From assembly GCA_040954595.2 (NCBI GenBank), contig CM082595.2, positions 2,048,635 to 2,112,634 on the forward strand: a DNA stretch of 64,000 bases. The letters run 5' to 3'. The DNA comes from Balanoglossus misakiensis. Taxonomy: Eukaryota > Animalia > Hemichordata. Below the pieces are notes generated by a model that searched no databases, was not told the origin of the DNA, and saw nothing but the letters and a program-made list of their open reading frames with translations. Positions within the stretch are counted from its first letter, which is position 1. Each line of letters opens with the position of its first letter. This document shows positions 52,901-64,000 of this stretch, piece by piece. The translations under genes were made by a program, and so were the position numbers.

Positions 52901-55900
52901 GCTCGCAAAATCTAATATTCTTGTCACAGTTATAGAGGTCTGGGTCTTCATACTCCAGTTGTTCATTTTGCACCTGGTGATCGTGCAGTGATATGAAATC
53001 AGTTTAATTTGATATGAGCACATTATTATTGGTATTTCATTTTGTTCCCAGTTTATACCCAGGGCAGTTTCAGACAAATGTGTTGAGCAAGATGGGTGTT
53101 AAATTCAACAGTTTTAATCGAAAATAATCTAATACATATTACACGCATACATCCTTAATGTGTGCATGGTGTAAACGGTGAACCTCATTGCATATTTAAT
53201 GGTTCATGCTGGATGTACGTTGTCATGGTAACATGAAAGGGCTACTGTTAAGTGTGTATTCCTACGAGTAAGACATTTCGATTTGACATAATGTCGTCAG
53301 TACAATTTATTCAGCGAAGCTTGTAGGATTTGTGTTTTGAATTCAATGTGTGTGGTTGTATGTGATGAAAAATAACGTAGTTTACTGCATGACTTGACAA
53401 TTCATCAAAATAATTGAGAAATTGTGTGACATTTTGGTATTGTCAAACCGTGCGAGTAATCACATCCTGGTTGTTATTGTGCCGAGACTGGCGTGCCCTT
53501 TTTTCAGTGCCTTTTTTACGAGATTGTAAAAATTGATCAAAAACACAGTGCAAACAAATCGATTCAACTTCCTCTATAAATTTGCTGTGACTGTCTGACT
53601 TTCAGCCCATTTTTAAGTGTTTGGTAGGTCTGATAAAAGGTGGAAATTTCTGAACAGTGAAGTAATAAGCTATAATTGCCATGGAAACGTATGTTGGATG
53701 TAGTAAGTAGGAGCAGCATTCAACACAAAATGAGGACTGTATTTATTACGCTATTTTTTAGGTCAAAGAAGGTTCTGTAAATATAAAAGCAGTACTGTAT
53801 ACTCTTGAGCAGACTATTTCTGTCTCAAGTGAAGTGTTTTTGACTGGGTCAGTGAAAACAAGTGGATTCAACTGAAAAAACATTCAATGTAGATATTTAC
53901 ACTGACATTGCTTTGGTGTGCTTAGTTGAAAGAGATCAATAATCACAATTTTGCCGAGAATTGCTGTTCTTTAGATAATAATCAATAAAACATGATCTCA
54001 CCTTTTGAATTTCGAAGCTGGTTTGGGTTTTGTGTTACGGTCTCCGTACTGATTTTTCTATCGTTGTAAAATCATTCAAAGAACTCTCACAGAAACAGCC
54101 ATACTAGTTGTCAGGCTTCTTCCAACTGAACAAGATGAAGTCAGCTCTTTCACAAATTGGCCAACTTCACTGTCAGGAGCGATGAATTGAAATAAATTTA
54201 GCGTAAATGTGCGGTGTTGATTATGTCCAACCAAGCAGATGAATTGTTGACGTCCTGGGAGATGTCCTTTGTAGGAACATGCAGTGTTGCACAAATACTT
54301 CTTATATTTGATTAATTGGAGGATGATTCCACAAAAGTGTAGGGGTGATAGGTTCTATCTTGAGGGGGTGAGGCGGATTTCTCAATAGCCTGAGTGCTCT
54401 CGTAAATTATTGTATGGTTGACGAAACTTGTTGTTTTAGGTGGGAAAGCCTTGATGTGTATTGATTTCATTGAGTAAAAATGATCATATCTTTATTTATA
54501 TCTTCCAGGATTGAGAGATCTCGAAACCAAGTTGAACGTCGTCACTTTGATATACCAGCACTTACACATTGTACTGTGGTTTGTAAGGAACCATCTTCTC
54601 CCAGAATACCCAGGTTAGCCCAGATGTTCATAGTCAAGTTATCTCTACATCTTTCCTGAGATCAAGACAGTCCATGCCTTTCAATGTCATGTCATCATGC
54701 ATATTAACAGAAAATAAACACCTTTACATTTTTTTTATAAAAATAATTACGGTATTGCTTTTTATTGCAGATGATCTTGATGATCCTCTGCCTGGACAGT
54801 ATTGTTATCCATCAATGCTGCTGAGAAAAGTTTATACTAATAGACGTGGAGAGTTACAACGACTCTGTGGGTGAGTTGAAAAGTTTCACGTTTATTGATC
54901 TGAGGTTTCAAAGAGTTTCAGAAACCAGTATTTATGATGAACATTTTTACAACATGAAACCTTAACCCTTTCTCTCTCTATCTATCCCTGTGACCAGACC
55001 AACAAGTGACAGTGATATTCTACTGATAGATGGAATCGTATCACAGATCGGTCAATCACTACAAAGTCTCTGGTCCAAAGAGGAAGGTGGAACAGGAAGG
55101 TTTCCACCACCAAGCTTAAAGGCAAGTGACACTCCAAATACTCTATAGGGGGGGGCGCCCTCAGCACAGTCAAACTTCCTGACAAAGCATGATCCAACTT
55201 TGAGGTTTACATTTATGATCAAACTGATAATAATATTTTATCACTTTATGCTTATCCATGATCTATACCATAAATTATCAAGAAGAAAATGAGTGGCCAC
55301 ATAAGATAATATTAAACTTTCGACCGTGCTTACTTCATATCAGAGATTGTATCCATATTTTCTGTCTACAGGCTGTTCTGGACATGTATTTACTGGAAGG
55401 TGTTGAGCCGCTATTCAAACACTGTGTTGTGACTTATCTGCTACTTGACTTGGCTTCATTGGTCAGCGGTTATCAGAAGGAAAAGGTTAGTGCATGTAAT
55501 ATGTGATGGATCGTCAACTTATTTGTAGTGCTCATAATCCTTTTTAAAAATAGAAGAACTTCAAATAAAGAAGAAAAATAATCATTGTGGAAGAAATAGA
55601 TTTAAGAATCCCCAAAGCGGTCAAAATTATTTTGAATCGTCACAATGTCATTCATCATTTCTGCTTTTAACTCCATACTAACTCCTGGAATATATATATA
55701 TATTTTTCTGCAGTTTGTTGATCAAATTGGGAAGTTCCCACAGTCGTTCTCTCTCCCTCTGGGAGTCATCAAACTGGTTCAAGGATTCTGGTTATTGGAT
55801 CACAAAGACTTTGATGTAAGTATGATCAGTGCCCCCCTGCGCCCAGAAACCCATGTATTCAGCCAGTAATAGACAATATTTGCTATCTCTCCTTCCTATA

Positions 55901-58900
55901 GGAAGCACTCAACATGCTGCTGGACCCTCTGATAACCTTTGACCTGGCACCATGGCAACACAGTCGCATCATCAAGGGTTTCCTCTTCCAAGGGGAATCC
56001 AAGAGGGCTTTGCAGTACATCCGGACAAAGAAACCGGCTTTAGACTCCCTGGATGATGTTAAGTTACATCTTTCCGTCTTGTTATCCAATGGGTGAGTGT
56101 AAAGTTGTGTTCCAGAAGTTGCAAGGTAGTTTAAATGTTTTGCAATCTGCATGAAACGGAACCCAGTACAACAATATCGGATTTTATTTTTCAGCTTGAC
56201 CGCAGAAGCATTCCAGTTCCAAAGACTCTACAGAGATCAAGAACACTCGGATGAACTGCTGTATCATTTGTTTCTTGGAGCTCAGCAAAGTGAGCATTTC
56301 TTTTAATTACAGCCTCAACAATCTCATTGTACAACTATCTTATGGGTGTTGACGACTGATTTGATGTTTATTTGTAGACTATGATAACTTGCAGAGTCTG
56401 TGTGTGAATACTGATCTTCTTGTGCCTTTAATTTCCAACAGCAAAAACTATGGATAACTTGTTGAAGCTGCCCCTCAATCAGCTGGAAGAGTCGGCATTG
56501 GTCCGGTATCTGAAGGAAAGCAGTGAACCGAATTCCATGGAGCTTCTGGTGATGCATTACTTACAGCGAGCCAGATACGTGGAAGCCATCAGATTGAACG
56601 AGAGTTTGAAACATTCTCTGATGGTAAGGATGAAATCCGAACAGTTATAACGAGGAGAGTTAGACAGGGGCTTTGCTCTAAATCTTGACTTCAAACTAGA
56701 AAATCACCCAGCCAACTTCTTGACCTATTTTGAGTCTTTTCTGGTTTGCTGTCTGTAGGCCTTGAATGAAATTATATATTTTTTGATATTGATAAAAAAG
56801 ACAATAAATTGTCAATTTACTCAGATGTTACAGAAGTTCTTAATATTAATTCTTTTCCTTCAAATGTTGTCATCTTTTCAGAATGAGACCGACAGCAAAG
56901 CGAGAGACAGAGCATCCGCTAGGAATGCCATTGTTGATAGCTATGCCAGACTGTTGCCACGGATACAAAGAAAATTAGCATTCGGACCGGAACAGCCAAA
57001 GAAAGGCTTGATGATGAAAAGACAGGAAGGTTGGTTTGCAATAAATTTCTGTCAAACTTGAAACTGGAATGAAACCATACCACCACATAACATGTTATGG
57101 TAGTAAGTGCTTCGAAAATCAAAGTCTTAAATGCCAAGTTCCCGATGTTGTTATTTATTTCAGTGATGAGACCCAAGCCACTATCCACAGTTGTGAACAG
57201 AGCGAGCTCTGCCCAAGCTGTTTCCCGTGCCACTATGCTGAGTACAGTGTTGGATAAAATCTCAGAAGCAAGATCACAACCAAGAGAGGAAACACCAGTC
57301 AGAAAAAGGTATAGCCTGTTTCACTAGAATTCACACATCCTATGTTGAAGTTGAACATACTGATATGTTCATGATGAGTTTAAGGTAGGGAACTACCCAG
57401 ATACTGTGCGTTGTTATCACCAATTAATCTCACAATTAAAATTATGTATTCTCATTTAATAGCAGACTTTCCGACATCGCTCCAGCCTTATTGGAACCAG
57501 ATCCATTTGTTGGGACACCGCTTACTCCAAAAAGCAAAGAAGTTCCAAGGTCTGTATCTGTATTTAACATGACATGAATTCATTTATCATAATAATGTGA
57601 GAAGAGATCAACCTGAAATTTTGACCCCACATTGTGTCATTTAATCTGGTATAACTTTTCATATAGTTTTCACCTGTTGAGTCTCAAGTTAAAAAGCCCA
57701 CCTTCCTTCTTGCAGTGAGAATAGAAGTCTTGTCTACCCTACTGTATGCTACCCAGGGGACACCCCTCAACTGAAAGTGGCATCACCCACCAAGTTCAGA
57801 CCGTACACATCACCCCAGCAGGTGAATGTATCACATTTAATGACACCAACTACGTTGATTGATCGAATAAAAAGGTAAGTCCAGAAACTAGATGGATTAT
57901 TCACAATTAAGATAGAATCACCTCGAAAGTCTTAAACCTTGTTCTCATATTTTTGCTCGAGGCATCTTTAGTTTACAATACATGATTGCATGTGTTTCAC
58001 AACTATAGCAAGTTGTCTCAAATCTATATTTTCTTTTCACAGACAAACCGTAGATTACACAGGGTCCAATGCTCTATCACTGCTGCAGACTCCGCCTGTT
58101 AAACGAGTAAGTCAAATAAATTGTTCTTTACATGTGGCAAAGTGTTCAATCTTTTTACCAGTGGTCACTGCTGCTATTCTTTCGCTGGGATATTTTTAAG
58201 AGAACACTAGTCATTGGCTGACAGTGCATTGATTTTTGAAAGAACACTGGTCATTGGCTGACAGTGTAGTATGCACATACTTTCAGAGAACACCAGGAAC
58301 TAGCAGACAGAGTCAAGAGACAGTACCACAGCCAACCCCGCACTCTATTCTGAAGGTTCGCAAGACTTTGAGAAGATCACCCAGCCCAGTCAAAGACAGA
58401 GAAAGACTCCCTAGCCCTGTAAAAGATGACAAAGAACTGAAGCCCAAACAGCTTTCTGGTAAGTACTTTTATAAAGGCGAGAAATTAGTATGTTAGTAAG
58501 TTTTTATTAGTATAGGTATCATATATTCGGCAGCACCATGTATTGATCTCCAGTATGGTATTGCACTGACTCATTCATTCATTCATTCATTCATTTATTC
58601 ATTCATTTACAGTTTGTTTCAAACATTCATCGTCAAACCATTTTATATCTTGTAGCTGTGTTTGCAGGCAACATAAAACTAGAAACACCACCCAGCTTTC
58701 AACGTAAGGTTAAGAAAGCAACTTTTGGTTAGTATTTTGAAACACCACTGATGGTCTTATTGCAGGGTGTTGGTGAAGAATAACTCACTTTTTATCTATG
58801 ACTTCCTCAATTAATCCTCTGCCTCACAATCTAACAAACTAACTTACTACAGTTGGTCGTTTGACAGGTATGATGCAGTTCATCTGATGATATAGCGTGT

Positions 58901-61900
58901 ACTCACACTCTTACAGTTTTACTAACTTCTATAGATCCTCATTCAATCAGGATTTCTGCAGTCAAATCAATAAGACAAACATTGCTTGATTTTACCAGTG
59001 AACCATGGCTGGAGAGTGTACTGTTGTTGGAGAGAGTGTTTGTGTGAACTCAGTTTCACAAGATTAAGATGCATATTATACCACATTATAAATTAAAGAA
59101 GTTGGTTTATCATGGCAGCTAGCCATGTTTAAATTTCTGGTATCAAAGGTCATATTTTCACACTCTTTTCCATCATTTCAGCTGTTGATGATCACACAGA
59201 GAAACTTGAGACGCCAAGACATATCAGATTTGCGGAAGGTACAAAAGATGTAACACCGTCACCTGTAGAAGAAGATGACAGGTACAGATCATGAAATAAT
59301 CTGTTTAAATTCATTGTATATTGTTCTATGGTATTTGAAGCCACGACACTTAGCCATGAAAAGACAAGGGATCTGTGTGTGCTAGCTGATGAGCATATCA
59401 TGGGAAAACCATGCTACAGCCCAACTAGTGGCATTCAAAAATGTTGAGAGTAAAAATCAGCCATAAGACACAGGACCTCCAGAAAATGCCAATAGGACGG
59501 CCGTTGCATAACTTAAACATCACTTAGGTTTTTGTTATTAAAAAGAAAGTATCTTTCTTTTTTGTGGTTTCTTTCTGGTGGCAATATAGCTTCCTTCCTG
59601 GAATACTGAAAAGTGCGGAATTGCTGAAGCGACCTACAGAAGAAGTAATCCCATTGGCTGAAGAGGCAGAACAACGCGACCTCTCATTGGTTGATGAAGA
59701 CAGCCCAATGGGTAAGACAGCAGATGATTCGTTGGAACTGATATTGGATATGGAGGAGGACGGTCATGAAGCCATGGCAGTGGATGATGAGATCACATTT
59801 GAATTCCATTGCCGTGGTGACAGGTCAGCCATAATGCAAGATGAAGAGGAAGAAGTTGGTAAGATGATTTACAATTGTCTTAAGAAATCAATGTGTATCA
59901 AATCTAGTACTGTAGTATATTTATTTACATCTAATGAATTTTCCGTTTTCAGGAGATTCTACCGTTCCAGTTGTTGAACTAGATGAAGATATGTCCATGG
60001 AAGCTGAGGAGTATGTTTCCATGGAAGATGATGAGCTGGAGAGGTTGCCAAGGTTACCATCAGCAAAGAAAGAACCTTCACCAGGACCAAGCGAGGTACT
60101 GCCTGAGAAGTTCTTTTTGGCAAGGGAGATGAAAGATGAGGAACCTGTGATGGTGCCCTCTCCAGTGAAAGAGACAGAACTTCCCTCAGAGGAGATTGCT
60201 GAACAAGTGCCTGTGATGTTGAGAGAACCCTCTCCTGAGAGAGACACCACTGTAGATATTGAGCCCATGAGAGATGTGTCAGAAGAAAACGAACCCACAC
60301 TGTCACCTCATGTTCTGATGGAAAGAGAGCCATCTCTGGTGACTCAGGAAGAAGCAACACCAATCAGAGAGCTGTCTCCAGTAAGGCAACTTCAGGCCAA
60401 AGAAGAATCTCCTGAGAGGGAGCTGGCACTAGAGGGCGGTGTTGAAGTTCCTCCTGAAGAACTTGAACAGAGAGAGGAGGATATTGGGCAACCTGACGAA
60501 GAGGGAGAAGCAGTTTTGGAGTCGGGTTCAGAAGAGGAAGATTTATTCCCAGCCCAACGAAGAGAGGCACAGTTTCTGGACATGACACCGACAACAACAC
60601 CAGATGCTTCTCCAATGGTTCATGTCCCCATAGCAACAGAGCAGCCGGTGCCTGCAGAGCCTGAAGCAGCACGGCAACGGACACCTTCACCGGTCAGCCA
60701 GAAATCAGACGGTGTCCTGTTAGAAATGGGCGTGCAGACAACACCAGGACTTGCACTGAGACAACCAGCAAGAAGGAACACCCCGTCTTATGAGGATGCG
60801 TTCAAAGCATCACTCAGATCGACAGGGAGAAGTGCCAGACGTAGACAAAGAGTGGAGGAGAGCGACAACCAACCACGGGCAAGCAAATCAGAGACAAGGC
60901 CAAGCCAATCAGAAACAACGGTTGATGCACCCTCAGTGTCAGACATCCAAATCAAAGTTGAGCCATCAGCTAGCAGCGCTGACGATTCTGGACCAGACTA
61001 TACAACCACAGATGCGGGTTCCATGGCAACAGAGGATGAAACCTTGCAGATGGAGACTGAAAATTCTGAAGAGGAGTCATTGTTTAATTTCTCAAAACCA
61101 ACCCCTGTCATCAAAACTGAAGAAGAAGGTATGTGTTTTACTGGGTTGCATTGAAAAGAAACTTTCAAATGGTTGTATAGATGTATAGAATGTTTTTCTG
61201 CATGTTTACGTGTAGTGGTGCTGCAGTTTACAGTGATTTTGGTAAACAACAAGGAGTTGGGAATGTGAATTATTTTGAAAATCTTCATCTGTTGGATTTT
61301 TTTTTTTGACAGAACCAACCACTCCGTCTGCAAGCACTGCCACTCCGAGGTTTGTCTTCTCGCCACCTCTCACCCGATCACAACTAAGAAGAAAACAGAA
61401 ACAAATGTTGACCCCTGACCTCTCGGCTACTGAAGGAGGATCTGTTGGTCTGCTGCCTTCTTCTGCTGAAATCATTAAACAGGAGAAGAAACAGGAACCT
61501 TCCTCAGGACGGAGAGTAACAAGGTACATGGTCAAAGGAATATCAGTTGTAACTTTTGGCTTTATTTTCAGTATTTTTGTTCTGTGTACCAAGTGCAGTT
61601 TCGTGCTCTATTCCAAATAGTATGCTAATATATCCAGTACCCCACTTGACAACAATATTTTTGCAGCAGGCACTCTTAGTGAGGGAAAACTGACCAACTG
61701 TGTCTGTTTCCTTCCTTCCTTCATGTTTTTCTTAAACAGAACACGTAAATCCACACGCCTGTCATCACTGCCATCCTCTGATAGCCCGATCAACTTCATC
61801 TCACCTGTAACTGGTGACGAATCCAAAGACCAGACAAGTAGAAGACTTACCAGGAGAAGTGTGCGTTCCACACGTTCAGCCATTTCCATGCAGTCACAGT

Positions 61901-61971
61901 CACAAGAGAAACAGCAGCCAGCAAGACGTGCCAAGACAAGAAGTGGAAAATTGTGGTCATATGATGTGTGA
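34388..61971 (+). CDS. AHCTF1: Nucleoporin ELYS / MEL-28 (AT-hook-containing transcription factor 1), about 1959 aa, 33 coding exons
   Basis: Phase-consistent exons 34388-34514, 34658-34902, 34990-35263, 35449-35629, 35955-36080, 36238-36322, 36662-36827, 37710-37845, 37949-38039, 38263-38418, 38632-38757, 38994-39084, 39245-39472, 54509-54613, 54771-54870, 54998-55121, 55372-55485, 55714-55815, 55902-56092, 56195-56289, 56442-56623, 56882-57029, 57164-57308, 57463-57549, 57716-57874, 58043-58106, 58287-58458, 58656-58727, 59182-59281, 59590-59858, 59953-61128, 61313-61523, 61740-61971 (5880 nt). ELYS motifs: LEVVHSSSGER, QEPDDDPRYFCFMW, FDLNRWYHAQMP, EQHFYPS, LDWAWNKV, EGGTGRFPPPSL/AVLDMYLL, VIKLVQGFWLLDHKDF, HYLQRARYVEA, RPKPLS, LLQTP; acidic disordered region and basic tail. 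Confidence 0.95.
34923..34954. repeat. (GAT)n microsatellite
   Basis: About 10 copies of GAT in a short ELYS intron. Confidence 0.95.
35277..35369. mobile_element. 93-bp TTAA-flanked MITE (same family as 30043-30135)
   Basis: TTAACCCTCTCACC...GGTGAAAGGGTTAA with shared internal sequence. Confidence 0.7.
36901..37477. repeat. 30-bp minisatellite, about 19 copies, in ELYS intron 7
   Basis: Unit TTAGATAGGGAATTAACCACAGCGAGGTTC, nearly identical copies with single-base variants. Confidence 0.99.
37528..37680. repeat. Tandem duplication of about 76 bp
   Basis: gagaatggcaaagcaataaaaa..cagctatcttttgggatat.tatcctcatagcttcgctgtct.ta.cctgataga occurs twice. Confidence 0.9.
39730..40956 (-). CDS. Secreted-type leucine-rich repeat protein (signal peptide, LRRNT, about 13 LRRs, no LRRCT or TM), nested in ELYS intron 13
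   Basis: Single ORF. Probable start at ATG 40956 or 40944, just after a pyrimidine-rich acceptor (ttctcctcccag at 40969). Hydrophobic leader WTWLFLLLH, LRRNT CPVNCTC...VNCSDAGLQSVP, and repeated LxxLxLxxNxI/L units of about 24 aa. Confidence 0.92.
   Translation of the reverse strand: MMTTMHPFSVEWTWLFLLLHQQYLSTGCPVNCTCVMSTEKIVNCSDAGLQSVPNTIPTAVKVLDLSRNYIAEILEDDLEFDHLESLHFSENILNIIHENSLQQTVDLLNADFSYNSLTLLPEKLFENCNKIETLDFSHNKLCILPPDLFAGLNDLKILNFHGNIIISIHNDLFDSLSSLEILDLSANEITSVEKATFDSLSSLEELKLQHNKLVDLKMDNFVSLTNLALLDVSFNDISVIDEFAFTGLISLHVLNLNGNDISDFNNCFNVVNTIDSGLDILKELRINSNDLHEVKADVFELLETVEILDLSGNNMRELRKGSLTGLTSLLQLDLSYNNLTQLPPGLFDDLTSLQSLDIGIDNLVAITETLQSDGNQWTQVLIRMGQSFRNSGQRLTFADNVKVKYIPL
42455..42567. 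repeat. Short tandem duplication (about 63/50 bp)
   Basis: atgagccaaagtcctggtgat...catgtgatcac.aataaccaatcaactgt occurs twice. Confidence 0.85.
45609..45696. mobile_element. TTAA-MITE family copy with degenerate right end
   Basis: TTAACCCTTTCACCCC...gttccctgtttagaggtcc...accatagaaa...tttggactgaaccatggcagtgaaagg. Confidence 0.65.
48242..49282 (-). CDS. Second secreted-type leucine-rich repeat protein (signal peptide, LRRNT, about 9 LRRs, no LRRCT or TM), nested in ELYS intron 13
   Basis: ATG 49282, MELTHPSTLPSIIILVCCLTMTVHA|TCPTPCTC...VDCTSQSLTTVP, followed by typical LRRs in a single ORF. Confidence 0.92.
   Translation of the reverse strand: MELTHPSTLPSIIILVCCLTMTVHATCPTPCTCNMTADSVIVDCTSQSLTTVPSPLPDNLTHLYLRDNKIDSLSTLQSYTEIIVLDVSWNKLSSLPLSRHRPTLKIEVLDLSYNMITEIKEYAFTGLSNTILLELTGNKIEKIEDDAFIDLTKLKELRLHNNRLTTVAKTLNPLTTLESLDLSSNQLMNLSKEMFDNLNNLLTLSLQRNDIMVIIDKHTFQPLQNLKNLDLSYNPIRKLPSVVFDDLLSLEFLELSANSLDSIATVAKTLGYTHDWFKTMIGMQLIMTDNSYFQDKHGQFTDQKVLIRYMEKVQEISKSSSVSNALIEKPESYIFHSQYTRKHWKN
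58571..58607. repeat. (CATT)n microsatellite
   Basis: Imperfect TCAT run in an ELYS intron. Confidence 0.85.
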
Positions 61972-62679
61972 CACAAATCCGCAGACCGTGACAGTAGACT
62001 ATTTTCTGAACTCCACAAGACCCTGCAAGATCTCACTTAGCTAGGCCGTTCACATGGAAGAAAATTCTCATGTGACACAAGACAAACAACACCCATATCC
62101 CATCTTGTTAAACACCACAAAAGTTCAAATTTTCTTTAAACTCTGCACCTTTTCTTGTTTCATACAAAGCTTGACTTGTATTACTCAGCTAGCAACCCAT
62201 TACTACAATGTTTAACCAATTCTCATGAGATATACAGTGAGTGGAAAATCATGTATTCTTTAATAGAATATGTGCATATTTAAGGGAAGTCTCTTGAGTG
62301 AACTCATTTGAACAAACATGGAAATATATGTCAAAAATGGGTTCATTATATTTGCTTATTATACAATGACTAGGTTACCCTCTTTGTGTTATGGTCTGAC
62401 TTGTCAGCTATGAATTGTGTGGTCGGATGGATGCATATTTGAAGGGAATTGTGTGAGGATTTGCTACACATGAAATTTTTGTACTATTTCAGTAAGTGCT
62501 TCAAAAGGAATGAATGAATGAATTAATAAATAAAATCTATTGAATCCAATGAGCTGATTTGTGAGTGTGAAGTGATGTAATTAGTCACCCCATTGCCCTG
62601 GTGGTGTAAGGGTGTTTCCCGACCGTGTGTGGGATGGGAGGGACTGTGTAAAAACAAAAGACTGCGAATCTAAGATCGA

Positions 62680-62920
62680 CGATGGCGCACTAACAACCAT
62701 CATTAACGCTGTCTGCTAGTATTTTTCGGGATAAAATCCCCTTTTTCGTTAAGAATTGTCCAAGTTTTAATAGAACTGGCAACTTTCTTCTCATGTAGTC
62801 AAGGAAACATGACAGTAGAAAAGAAAAGTAACGTAAAACTAATTATTATACTAACCAAACAACAAACAAACTAACAAGTGACCCAAAATGGCGGAACAGT
62901 GTTCATAAACAAATGTCCGA
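62680..62920 (+). promoter_or_regulatory. Probable promoter / 5' region of the next gene
   Basis: YY1-type GATGGCG (62681) and AAAATGGCGG (62885), downstream of the ELYS poly(A)-signal candidates AATAAA at about 62525. Confidence 0.35.
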
Positions 62921-63471
62921 GTACATGTTTTTTAATCTTCCGCTGGTACTTTTTATCTGCCTCTGAAAATTTTACGTGGAGCTGTTGAGTGACATATAGG
63001 CTTACAGGTAAGCACTTTATACTTGAACGTTTTTGGCTAAAAAGTGTGGACGTGCTATTTTTGACTGATGACCCCAAGTACCCTGTACATGTATCATGTA
63101 TAAGCTAGCCCTGCGTACAGGTCTGTACGCAGGGCTAGTCATCATCATGCTGTCATCATCAAATTTTGCATCAGAATACTTTCAAGTGATTGTGCAATCA
63201 ATGCTATATGCGGTCAGTGACGCAGTTGATCACGCAATACCCCGTATAAACGCAGAAATTCAACGAACAAGTGCTGACAGCAGAAATATAGTCGAATTCG
63301 AGCTGGGTTTTCTGGCTGGAAAGATATTCTAACAGTGTTCATATATCACCAGGCCAAGTCTGACAACATAGTGTATTTGAGTTGATTGCCACCGTTGTTG
63401 TAATTGTGTAACTGCATGCTAGTGTTGTCTGTTCTGTGCCCTGTACTCTAGGAATATTTTAACACCATACA

Positions 63472-64000
63472 ATGGCTGCTGTTTACAAAAGTGATGACGA
63501 ACCTGATGTAATTGTTGAAAAAGTTATCGTTGAAAACGGAGATGGTACTATTACAGAGGAGCAAATCAATACCCCTCAGTGCAATGAAAGTGGAGAGCAG
63601 CAAGGAGCTGAAGAAGAACCGGGTACTGGATCTGGAAAACGGAGGAGGAGGAATAGGGTGAGGAAAGAGAATTTTTGTTTCCTTATCCAATCTTGTGACT
63701 TGAGTTGTACTTGCTACCCTATGTCATATTTACTGCTGAAATATGACTCACGTATTAAGAAAATCATGCAGCTATCATTGATTGTGGAGTTGATACTTGG
63801 TCGTTAGTATATGTACAAAGTATGAAATCTCAAATTAACAAAGGAGGCCTTATGAAAATATGGTTTATTTATTATACTTTGCAGAGGAGAGGGAAGAAAA
63901 ATGCTGATATGAACATGTCGACTGACATTGGAGATCAAACAGGGCAAGGTCAAGGCCATCAAGGTGAAAGGCCATTGTCAGGTCAGGGTGCACGACCCAG
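63472..64000 (+). CDS. 5' part of an unidentified gene with an acidic, Gly-rich N-terminus
   Basis: Acceptor ctctag at 63451 and acaATGG start giving MAAVYKSDDEPDVIVEKVIVENGDG. A next acceptor tttgcag at 63884 opens EREENADMNMSTDIGDQ to the window end in phase 1, which needs the donor G|GTACTG near 63622 rather than the stronger one at 63657. The junction is uncertain. Confidence 0.5.

Noticed and set aside
63472-64000. Further ELYS exons
   Set aside because: ELYS reaches a stop at 61971 after a basic tail, followed by AATAAA and promoter-like motifs, so this is treated as a separate gene. Transcript data would be needed to confirm.

Overview
AT-rich, intron-containing animal genomic DNA; the gene content and repeat style suggest a marine invertebrate deuterostome, but that is inference. 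Gene order: (1) an uncharacterised minus-strand ORF (1938 to the window edge) with about 20-aa Ser/Gly/Lys/Arg repeats, absent from the ORF track because it has no stop in the window; (2) alanine:glyoxylate aminotransferase (AGXT) in one coding block, with both a mitochondrial-type leader and a C-terminal SKL; (3) a 15-16 coding-exon AFAP1/AFAP1L-family two-PH-domain adaptor on the minus strand (7160-32717), head-to-head with (4) the nucleoporin ELYS/AHCTF1 (33 coding exons, 34388-61971); (5) two single-coding-exon, apparently secreted LRR genes nested antisense in the 15-kb ELYS intron 13; (6) the probable start of another plus-strand gene at about 63.5 kb. Repeats include a non-autonomous Helentron-like element with a 237-bp tandem array and a nested PIF/Harbinger-type MITE, a small TTAA-flanked MITE family, a foldback element and a 30-bp minisatellite. 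The most interesting observations are a candidate splicing switch that removes the AGXT mitochondrial start codon, and the nested LRR gene pair with a non-canonical C-terminal cap. All exon models and family assignments come from manual translation and recalled motifs; no searches were run.
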